This document shows positions 9,329 through 17,433 of a DNA stretch of 64,000 bases, in pieces. The position numbers were made by a program, and so were the translations under genes. Source of the DNA: Candidatus Altimarinota bacterium (lineage in GTDB: Bacteria > Patescibacteriota > Gracilibacteria > 1-14-2-50-48-13); assembly GCA_046314355.1 (NCBI GenBank), contig JBKBWQ010000001.1, forward strand, positions 1,472,001 through 1,536,000, read 5' to 3'. Below the pieces are notes generated by a model. It searched no databases. It was not told where the DNA came from and worked only from the letters and a program-made list of their open reading frames with translations. The first letter of the stretch is position 1, and each line of letters opens with the position of its first letter.

Positions 9329-11758
9329 ATGTTCACAAAAAAATCTGCAGAATTCTCTCAACTTCTAAAGAAAGGTGTAGATTCAAGTCGAGAATTGAAA
9401 GAAAACTTATGCTCCAAAAGTAAGGATTTTTATAGAAAAACGCTTTATTTTACAATAAGTAAGGCTACAGATGATTTTGAAATATCAGAAAAGATAATGG
9501 AGAATAGTTCTTTAGTGAACAAAGTAAAACTCTACTGGAAAAAATTTCTCAATGTGGTAATTGATAATAGTATCCCGACTACTACTTTGAATGCTGCTTT
9601 TTTGGAGAACAAAAGTGCCATAGAGCAAAATATAGTTATAAAGTACATGCTCTCCAAGGATATGTATGATGAACTATCTACATACATTCACTTTATTCAC
9701 CCTGAGTTAATTACTGAAGAGCTAGCTAAAAAATACATTGCTAAAGGTAAAGAGAAGGAAGTCTTTTCTGGTTTTCTTGATAAAAATCCTTCGTGCCTTT
9801 CTGTAGATAATTTCCTATTTTTGCTCAGTAAGCATTTTGAAAAATATACAGCTCCTTTACCAAAGGGGTCGTATGGGGTTTTATCTAATACAAAGAATTA
9901 TAAATATTTCCAAGAGCTTTTCTCAAATATAAAATTTGATCAATTAAGTGCACAGAAAATAATAGATCAGGGATATCCTCAGGTTATTATACTATTTCCT
10001 AAACAATTCCCTGATCTTTCAATGACGAGTGTGCATCAATTGCACAATTGCTTTCCAAATGAAACGGAATATCTTTTTCCTGAATACGCTCAATTGTGGA
10101 AAAAAACTTTTTCAATGCAAGATTCAGCAGCAGATCTGGATAAAGAATCTGCTAAAAGCAATAATGTGATCCATAAGAAGCCTGATCTTGTAGAAGATAC
10201 CACCGAGCAAAAAAAATATAGTGATACAGCTCAAAGGGCAGAGAAAATACCTGTGGAAATAGATCTTAATGATATTGATGAAGCTCACATCGATGAAATG
10301 GAATTCAATGAAACAGAAAAAACAGCCAAGAGTAATCCCTTGTCAGAAAAGAAAAGTGTAAAAAAAGATGATGAACAGGCGATTACAAGATTAATAGATG
10401 AAGGAGAAAAAACTACCATTGATAGTATACGGGCAAGTATTATGGGCACCGCAAATTATAAAAATCTTGAAGATCTTTTTCAGGATGATAAACGAGTTAT
10501 AAAGATAGAGATAAGGATCAGAACGTATACAGTGTCTTTGAAAGAAATATTTAAGTTATATGCAAAAAGACATAAGGTTTCAGTTTCTGATGCAAAAAAG
10601 ATGATAGCTGATAGGCTGATAAATTTTGAATATATAGAAGGTGCAACTGCCACACAATTAAAAGATCCACTGTTTTTACAATCTCTCGCAGTTGCCAAAC
10701 TTATGACAGTTATGATTGCTAACGATACTTTGGCAGTAGCTGCTTCTATTGCAACTAGTTTAAAGAATGCGACTCATCTGGACAGTGTGCATGCCATTTC
10801 TGAGGACGATGCCACTATTTGCAAATTACAGGGACAAGGAAAAGAGTATGAATTTACTCCTCATTTCCTTTTTCAAATCCTCGGATCCTATTTTGACTGT
10901 GACAAAAGAACAGCAAAAAATAAATTTTTGGAACATGCATATCGCTTTACCGATAATCTTTCAATAACTGAAGCACAGTTATATGTAAAATCACTTTATG
11001 ATAAAGTACTGATCTCAAAAATTGGTAATCAGAATCGGGATTTTCTTTTATTGGAGAAAAGACTTATTGATCCTACTTATGGTCCTATATTTGCCAAAGA
11101 ACTTGTAGAACAGATATTACAAAAAACAGGTAAGAAAGAATTTTTATTTGTATTGGTTGATATACCTCAAGAGATTGAGCTGCAATATGAGAATATCACT
11201 GTTATTACTACGGTTTCTCAAATTTTCTCAACTATTGCGCAACTTTTACGACGGAGTAAGTCTGGTGCAAGAAGCTTTCTTCTTCAACAATCTCTTGATT
11301 CTGATCCAGCTGAAGTGGCGTACCGTTATTCTAAGAAATGGGATATTATAAATAAAAGACGACATCCCGGAGAAAAAATGCGGTATAATCATCCTCTGTT
11401 AAAAAATATTGATCTTGATAGCGGTGGAGGAAAAGAGAAGATTCAAAGAATTGTGAAAACAATGATGGATGCACAGAAATTAAAATCTTTCCTGGAAATC
11501 GATCATGAAAGCACGACACAGATCGCTGTAGAGTGGAAGAAGCAGATTTATTCATTAAGTCCTAAAGAGCTATTTGATGATTTGAAAAATGCAGATCCTA
11601 CTAAACGGTACAGTATTTATTATCTGAAAGAAATCCTCACTAGAAGAGCCTTCCAATCAATGGGACTCACTGAACAAGATGCATTAAAAACTGTAAATGC
11701 TGAAAAAGTGCAATTATTGGAAAAAAGAAAAAAAGATGATAAAAAACCACCAAAGTAA
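9329..11758 (+). CDS. Hypothetical protein with four degenerate C-terminal repeats
   Basis: 809-aa ORF with upstream TTGACA-N16-TAGAAT; no recognisable family. Confidence 0.75.
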   Translation: MFTKKSAEFSQLLKKGVDSSRELKENLCSKSKDFYRKTLYFTISKATDDFEISEKIMENSSLVNKVKLYWKKFLNVVIDNSIPTTTLNAAFLENKSAIEQNIVIKYMLSKDMYDELSTYIHFIHPELITEELAKKYIAKGKEKEVFSGFLDKNPSCLSVDNFLFLLSKHFEKYTAPLPKGSYGVLSNTKNYKYFQELFSNIKFDQLSAQKIIDQGYPQVIILFPKQFPDLSMTSVHQLHNCFPNETEYLFPEYAQLWKKTFSMQDSAADLDKESAKSNNVIHKKPDLVEDTTEQKKYSDTAQRAEKIPVEIDLNDIDEAHIDEMEFNETEKTAKSNPLSEKKSVKKDDEQAITRLIDEGEKTTIDSIRASIMGTANYKNLEDLFQDDKRVIKIEIRIRTYTVSLKEIFKLYAKRHKVSVSDAKKMIADRLINFEYIEGATATQLKDPLFLQSLAVAKLMTVMIANDTLAVAASIATSLKNATHLDSVHAISEDDATICKLQGQGKEYEFTPHFLFQILGSYFDCDKRTAKNKFLEHAYRFTDNLSITEAQLYVKSLYDKVLISKIGNQNRDFLLLEKRLIDPTYGPIFAKELVEQILQKTGKKEFLFVLVDIPQEIELQYENITVITTVSQIFSTIAQLLRRSKSGARSFLLQQSLDSDPAEVAYRYSKKWDIINKRRHPGEKMRYNHPLLKNIDLDSGGGKEKIQRIVKTMMDAQKLKSFLEIDHESTTQIAVEWKKQIYSLSPKELFDDLKNADPTKRYSIYYLKEILTRRAFQSMGLTEQDALKTVNAEKVQLLEKRKKDDKKPPK

Positions 11759-11847
11759 TGACACTTTGTAAATTAGATTGAAAAGCTGTCCACACTTCAG
11801 TATATTAGCGAAGTATCATTTATGATATAATAGTTTGGTAAGTATAG

Positions 11848-11921
11848 GGTGCTTTGGCCGAGTGGTTAGGCAGCGGTCTGCAAAACCGCGTACACCAGTT
11901 CAATTCTGGTAGGCACCTCCA
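11848..11921 (+). tRNA. tRNA-Cys (GCA)
   Basis: Acceptor GGTGCTT/AGGCACC, anticodon arm GCGGT-CTGCAAA-ACCGC, T-arm ACCAG-TTCAATT-CTGGT, encoded CCA. Confidence 0.97.
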
Positions 11922-12070
11922 TTCTTCGCTCCTCGACGGAGCTACGAATGGCACAGCCGGAATGGAATGAATCTTCGCAGGCGAAGATTTTTTTAATATA
12001 GAGCGAAGAATGTCCCTCGTAGCCTACGCCTGAACTATAAGTTGCTTGTTCTTCTTGGCGTAGAGGGACA
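11920..12070. repeat. Structured palindromic element abutting the tRNA 3' end
   Basis: CATTCTTCGCTC/GAGCGAAGAATG inverted pair; TGTCCCT..CTACGCC/GGCGTAG-AGGGACA stem; inner AATCTTCGC/GCGAAGATT. Confidence 0.6.
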
Positions 12071-12309
12071 CCCAAGCATTAAGTATAGATGTGTTTTGGT
12101 ATGCTGGTAAGTCTATCGTAGATTTTTTGAGCTGCACCGTAAAAATTTATCCCTAAGTACTCCATTCTCCCACTCACACTCCGAGCTATCAGGACAATAC
12201 CCAGCACACAACATCACATTGACAATTTATTGCATAATACTAATATCCTCGCGGTTATTATAACAAAAAGGTATCAGTAAAATGATGACCTTTAGTGAAA
12301 AGGAGAAAA

Positions 12310-12672
12310 ATGGTCAAAATAATTTTTGTATTTCTTACAAGTATTATTTTCATTCTTACTGCGAGTACCTCTCATGCAGAAGAGAAAAATTTATCTCAGG
12401 AAGAAAAATTTTTTCTTATACATCTTATGATCAATAAGATTATGTATGAAGGTCCTTTATGTGAAAGTATATCTGATACAGATCAGATCTTTACCTTTGA
12501 AATCAATCAAAAGCTGCATAGCTTTAAAATCAAAAAGGGTGATGAACGATTACTTTCATGGCAACAGAATGAAATGATACTAGAGGAAAAAACTGAGATT
12601 AATGAAGTAATTTTGGTACTTGATAAGTATCTTGAAGGGACTTGTGATCAGTATCAGAAAAATGTTGTCTAA
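12310..12672 (+). CDS. Small secreted hypothetical protein
   Basis: ATG at 12310 after AAGGAG; signal peptide ending ASTSHA. Confidence 0.7.
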   Translation: MVKIIFVFLTSIIFILTASTSHAEEKNLSQEEKFFLIHLMINKIMYEGPLCESISDTDQIFTFEINQKLHSFKIKKGDERLLSWQQNEMILEEKTEINEVILVLDKYLEGTCDQYQKNVV

Positions 12673-12710
12673 TAACTGCTAAAAGAGAACTAAAAACGTT
12701 CTCTTTTATT

Positions 12711-13034
12711 TTACATATGCTCCAAACTCTCTTCAATCAAAGGTATTTCATCCTCATATTCAAAATCCTCGCTTCTTACAATCAGCACCCAATTCTTCAT
12801 CTTTGCATCTCCTCCGGGATTAAAGAATTTATATCTATTCGGGTCTTTTTCTAGTAATTCTTTTACTGTAGCCGGCTGTGCTTTAATGACTATTCCGTCG
12901 TCATAAACAAAGGCGAACATTTTCTTTCCCAGATAATAAGCAGGTTTTCCAAAGGTTTTTCTTTTTGTAAGACCTATATTTTCCAGAAAGTAATTATCTG
13001 CCCAGAGTTCAAGATCTTCGCGGTAGCTCGCCAT
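12711..13034 (-). CDS. TfoX/MmcQ-YjbR-like protein
   Basis: KTFGKPAYYLGKKMFAFVYDDGIVIK..MKNWV. Confidence 0.65.
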   Translation of the reverse strand: MASYREDLELWADNYFLENIGLTKRKTFGKPAYYLGKKMFAFVYDDGIVIKAQPATVKELLEKDPNRYKFFNPGGDAKMKNWVLIVRSEDFEYEDEIPLIEESLEHM

Positions 13035-13102
13035 GTGTGTGGAGATAATATTCGAAAGGTATTTAAACTTTGCATGAGAACTAAAGTAATGTCAATTTTC
13101 CT

Positions 13103-16066
13103 CTATAGACTCTTTGCTTTAAAAAGAATCTTTGCTGCTTCTGCACGTGTAATAGGACGTTCAGGTTCAAATTTTGCCCGCGCATCTATAATGCTCAGCT
13201 GAGCTGCATTGAAGACATTATTTTCGAACCAGGCATTCTCAGGAATGTCTGTAAAGAACCCTTGGTCACGGTAGTTGTAGAGACGGAAAGACTGTTTATC
13301 TGTACTATTCATGACTATCTTTAGGAACTCTGCGCGAGTGACGTTTCTTGCGGGTTCAAAGGTTCCTTTGCTGGTACCTTCTACAATGTTCTTTTCTTTA
13401 GCGATCCCTATAAATCCTGCATACCATACATTTGTAAGAACATCAGGGAAGTATACGTATGAGTAGCTGCTGTGTAGTCCTTTAAAGGATGTAAGGAAAT
13501 TCTGTTCGTTCTCTTCCGGCATAAAGGTCTTTACCGCCAGCTTCACAGCTTCTGCTCTATTCAAGGTTTCATTTGGTTCAAAACGTCCTTGGCTTCTGCC
13601 CTGCACAATTCCCATTTCAGCTAGTTTTACAATAGCGTCTGCAGCAAAGTTATTTGAGATATCAGTAAAAGTTATTGCCTGCGAAGTACTGCTTTTGAGA
13701 TTCTGATTACTGTTTATAGTTGTATTTTGGGACTGCTGGGGAGGAGTATATGTGCTTCCGCCTCCATTTGATCCGCTGCCAGTATTTAGTGTAACTTGTA
13801 CAGGTGGGTTAACAGCTACTGTATTGGTATTGAGATTGAAGTTACCATTACTATTACTGAGAATCACAGAATTTATATTTGTATTACTGCTATTAGTGTT
13901 TAAGTTTGGTAAGTTTGTATTTGTATTCAAGTTTGTATCCAGAGTACTTCCGCTATTTGTGTTTGTCTGAGATGTACTATTTGTATTTGTATTCTCAGTT
14001 ATCGCAGTATTTTGATTATCATTTGAATCAACCGTACCTGTGATGATTTGTTTATACTTCTTCGAGTCAAACTTCCAGAGATTACGTCCATTTATCATGT
14101 AAATATCTCCGTTAAAAAGATCTTCTGTAAAGAGATGATAAGTTACGCCGAAGTTACTTTTTATAATATTTTGAGTAAGAGTATCTTCCGAGAGTGTACC
14201 AAAGCCGTTAGTTCCAGTAGTATATATAGTTCCATCGCTTGTGATCATCATATTATTCATTCCAGTACCGGTCTTGGTACTTAAAATTGCTCCGGTAGTA
14301 CTATCTAGTACAAACAAGGTACTGCGGCTAGTTAGGACATACACCTTATTTCCTTTTGAGACTATATCTATATTGTTATAGTTATATCCTGATGCTGGAA
14401 TCTCAGGAATAATATCAAAGAGCACTTTTTTCTCCTTAATATCCCATTTTACAACATGTGCATTTTGAGGAAGATTTGTAGCTCCTGTGCCGCCGGCTGC
14501 ACTACTTCCGAGATATGCAATGTCTGAGTTATTTCTGTCAAAGGCTACAACATTGATAGTGTGATCCTGGACGATATTTACAGAAGTATATTTTTCTTTT
14601 GTCTCTGTATTGTAGAAAGTCATTGCACCGCCGTATGCTGCATAGTTGGGTTCTGTACCTATGAGGAGTTTTTCTCCTTTGACAGCTATATCCTTTGGTC
14701 TCGTCTGTGCTGAAGCAATAGTGAAAGCCCGGAATTTTTCTATAGAATTATAGTCATCAGTACTATCTAGCGCCAAGGCATTCTGATCATATCTCCATAC
14801 ATCGGTAGAAGTATAGTTTGCTGTATATAAAGTATCTTTTACAAATTCAATAACTTTTGGTTCTCCGGGTACTTCCTTTAACATGCTTTGTCCAAGCAGT
14901 GTATCAAAGATTCTCATCCGCACTTCTGCTAATGCTACTTTTCCTTTATATGCAGCTATCGAGAAGGGTTGTGTCGTAACTCCTTCAACTCCATAGTCAG
15001 CTAAATTGCTGGCTGAAATTGTTTTTCCTGTAAAATCCTGCTCTAAGATACTGCCATCTGCAGTGACGAGGAGAATTTTTTCATTATTTACTATGCTTGC
15101 AGCTGCCGCATAGCTACTTACCCTTTTTAAAGGTTTTGAGGCATTTTTTGTATATTGGAATAATGCGCCGGCATACCCTGAGAATGTGTCTGTACCGCTC
15201 CCTGTTGCAGGTGCCCCGAAGATGTTTCCTCCGTTAAAAAGATATCTCCAAACCCCAGTCTCTGGCGTATACTCGAGCATTTTTGTACTACCTGACGCAA
15301 AGATGATCTTTCCTCCCGCGGCATTAAGCTGAGCGGGTATCCCTAACCACCGGTACTCTGGCGGAAGAATATTTTTTGCGATACCTGTCTTCATATCCAG
15401 TTCTACGATCTCCATGATTGGATCCTTCGTATCTCTTCTTGCTCCTCCGTAACCAATATAGACTTTACCATTCAGTACCGTAATACATCTCGAATACTTT
15501 GCCTCAGAGTGATGTCCTAGACTGATCATTTTTCCAGTAGCAAATTCATATCGGTATGGATCCCCACTATAAGTACCCATATAAATATTATTGTCGTCTA
15601 TTGCAAGTTCCCAGATATATTCATTCACTGCAGGAAGGGTACCAAGTACTTTTAAGGTCCTCTCAGTTGGAGAATATTCCATGAGACGCCCAGGATATAC
15701 AGTGCCAAAATAGATTTTTCCTTTATGCTCATGCATTTTCCAAACAGATTTTGCAGGAACTGGAAGTTCCTGCTCTAATTTTAGCTTTGTAAGATTAAAT
15801 CGGATAAATTTTGATTCAGGGTTCCCGGCAATGACACCGTAAAACTCATGTTCTCCTGCTTCGTTTTTTACAATTGTACCGTATTTAAAAGCAAGGGAAG
15901 TAAGTCCTATGCCATAATCAGTAAAAGCGGCGCTCGTATCTATGGTGGAGCCAGACGAGACAAGATCACTTTTTAGAAAATCTGTATCCTTTAGGAAAAC
16001 TGCCATGATGCTTACTAGTGCAATCACAGCCAGACCAATAAGAATGTGTATTTTTTGTTTAGACAT
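13103..16066 (-). CDS. Surface beta-propeller protein with Asn/Thr-rich linker and three SLH domains
   Basis: N-terminal TM or signal; propeller blades (GKIYFGT, NIYMGT, KVYIG); NTN-rich linker; FEPNETLNRAE, FEPARNVTRAE, FEPERPITRAE. Alternative start 16090. Confidence 0.85.
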   Translation of the reverse strand: MSKQKIHILIGLAVIALVSIMAVFLKDTDFLKSDLVSSGSTIDTSAAFTDYGIGLTSLAFKYGTIVKNEAGEHEFYGVIAGNPESKFIRFNLTKLKLEQELPVPAKSVWKMHEHKGKIYFGTVYPGRLMEYSPTERTLKVLGTLPAVNEYIWELAIDDNNIYMGTYSGDPYRYEFATGKMISLGHHSEAKYSRCITVLNGKVYIGYGGARRDTKDPIMEIVELDMKTGIAKNILPPEYRWLGIPAQLNAAGGKIIFASGSTKMLEYTPETGVWRYLFNGGNIFGAPATGSGTDTFSGYAGALFQYTKNASKPLKRVSSYAAAASIVNNEKILLVTADGSILEQDFTGKTISASNLADYGVEGVTTQPFSIAAYKGKVALAEVRMRIFDTLLGQSMLKEVPGEPKVIEFVKDTLYTANYTSTDVWRYDQNALALDSTDDYNSIEKFRAFTIASAQTRPKDIAVKGEKLLIGTEPNYAAYGGAMTFYNTETKEKYTSVNIVQDHTINVVAFDRNNSDIAYLGSSAAGGTGATNLPQNAHVVKWDIKEKKVLFDIIPEIPASGYNYNNIDIVSKGNKVYVLTSRSTLFVLDSTTGAILSTKTGTGMNNMMITSDGTIYTTGTNGFGTLSEDTLTQNIIKSNFGVTYHLFTEDLFNGDIYMINGRNLWKFDSKKYKQIITGTVDSNDNQNTAITENTNTNSTSQTNTNSGSTLDTNLNTNTNLPNLNTNSSNTNINSVILSNSNGNFNLNTNTVAVNPPVQVTLNTGSGSNGGGSTYTPPQQSQNTTINSNQNLKSSTSQAITFTDISNNFAADAIVKLAEMGIVQGRSQGRFEPNETLNRAEAVKLAVKTFMPEENEQNFLTSFKGLHSSYSYVYFPDVLTNVWYAGFIGIAKEKNIVEGTSKGTFEPARNVTRAEFLKIVMNSTDKQSFRLYNYRDQGFFTDIPENAWFENNVFNAAQLSIIDARAKFEPERPITRAEAAKILFKAKSL

Positions 16067-16131
16067 AGGTGGGAAACAATAAGTATTCATTTTATTGTAC
16101 CATATATATGCTATTTTATCTTATTCATTTC

Positions 16132-17163
16132 CTACGCCGTATTCACTGGATCCACATCTATTCTCCATCCGCTAGGAAAGACAATATTTGTGATGTACTC
16201 ATGGACCATCTTTCCTTTTAATAGAATGTGATAATGGAACTTATCATACTGTTTTGTAATATATGAAGGTGCGATAAATACTTCACCATCTATTTTTTTC
16301 TCTTTCATATCTTTTTCAATAAAATCAAACATTTTTTTTGCTTCTGTATAAGCTTTTATACGGTCTTTATGTACGTAGATACATTTTATGATCTGTGTAA
16401 AGGGAGGGTATTGGTAAATGTTTCTCTCCTGAATCATGTACTCATAAAATTCCATGTAATCTTTCCTAGAAGCTAACTGTATAACAGGATTTTCAGGATT
16501 GAAACTTTGGATGACTACGGCACCTTCCTGACCTCTTCTGGAAGCTCGTCCCATTACCTGAGTAAGCAGTTGAAAAATTCTCTCTGATGCGCGAAAATCA
16601 GGAATATGCAGACCAGTATCGGCTTGGAGTATTCCCACAAGAGTCACATTTGGAAGATCCAGTCCTTTTGCGAGGACTTGTGTCCCTAGCAGTATATCTA
16701 TTTTTCCATCTTTCATCATATTATAGAGCTCTTCATGGGAATGTTTTGCACGAGTGGTGTCCAGATCCATTCGGGCAATACGGGCTTTGGGAAAATGTGC
16801 GCGGAGTTCATACTCTACTTTCTGTGTTCCCCAGCCTATAAATTTCAAGTCCTTGCCGCAGCTCTCACAGGTAAGCTCTACTGGAAACTTGGTCCCACAG
16901 AAGTGACACAGTAAAAATTCTTCTCCCGTGGCAGGATGTCTATGATGTGTAAGTGCGATATCACAATGTTTGCACATTTTAACTGATCCGCAGGAAGTAC
17001 AGATAAGTGTACTTGAATGTCCGCGTTTATTGAGAAAGAGTATTGTCTGCTCTCCGCGCGCGATAGCCTGCTCCATTTGATGCAGTAAAAAGGCGGAAAA
17101 TAGAGAAAAATTTCCAGCCTGCTGTTCCTTCTTTAAGTCTACTAGATACGTTTTTACAGACAT
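16132..17163 (-). CDS. priA: PriA-like protein, C-terminal half only
   Basis: LFLNKRG, four CxxC, GTQKVE, RMDLDTT, GTQVLAKGLDLPNVTLVG, DFRASER, QVMGRASR, DVDP; no Walker A or DExH; in-frame stop about 57 nt upstream of the ATG. Confidence 0.88.
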   Translation of the reverse strand: MSVKTYLVDLKKEQQAGNFSLFSAFLLHQMEQAIARGEQTILFLNKRGHSSTLICTSCGSVKMCKHCDIALTHHRHPATGEEFLLCHFCGTKFPVELTCESCGKDLKFIGWGTQKVEYELRAHFPKARIARMDLDTTRAKHSHEELYNMMKDGKIDILLGTQVLAKGLDLPNVTLVGILQADTGLHIPDFRASERIFQLLTQVMGRASRRGQEGAVVIQSFNPENPVIQLASRKDYMEFYEYMIQERNIYQYPPFTQIIKCIYVHKDRIKAYTEAKKMFDFIEKDMKEKKIDGEVFIAPSYITKQYDKFHYHILLKGKMVHEYITNIVFPSGWRIDVDPVNTA

Positions 17164-17257
17164 GTAAACTGATTTTGATGCAATAAAGAACGGTGTTAAT
17201 GCTATAATAAAGGTGTTTTATATCCCATTCAATAAGAAGTAAGAAATTAGAAAGATA

Positions 17258-17358
17258 TAGTAATTGAGTAAATAAGTAATTTTTTAAAATTGTTTATTAG
17301 GAGACTAATTCAGATAATGGCTTGCAAATTACTCAATTACCAATTACTTCAATTACTG
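17258..17358. repeat. Short GTAATTGAG / CAATTACT tandem repeats in inverted arrangement
   Basis: gtaattgagtaaataagtaat ... caaattactcaattaccaattacttcaattact; similar clusters at 34603-34686 and 57005-57037. Confidence 0.55.
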
Positions 17359-17386
17359 CGTCCCTGACCCACTTGACTAAAATCAC

Positions 17387-17413
17387 TTAGCACTTTAATA
17401 TTGAGAGTGCTAA
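17387..17413 (+). promoter_or_regulatory. CIRCE element (HrcA operator) overlapping the clpC promoter
   Basis: TTAGCACTT-N9-GAGTGCTAA, one mismatch to consensus; TTGACT (17373) N17 TAATAT (17396). Confidence 0.9.
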
Positions 17414-17433
17414 CGAGAATATAACCCAATACT

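Noticed and set aside
11866-12075. 69-aa minus-strand ORF
   Set aside because: Antisense to tRNA-Cys and its structured flank
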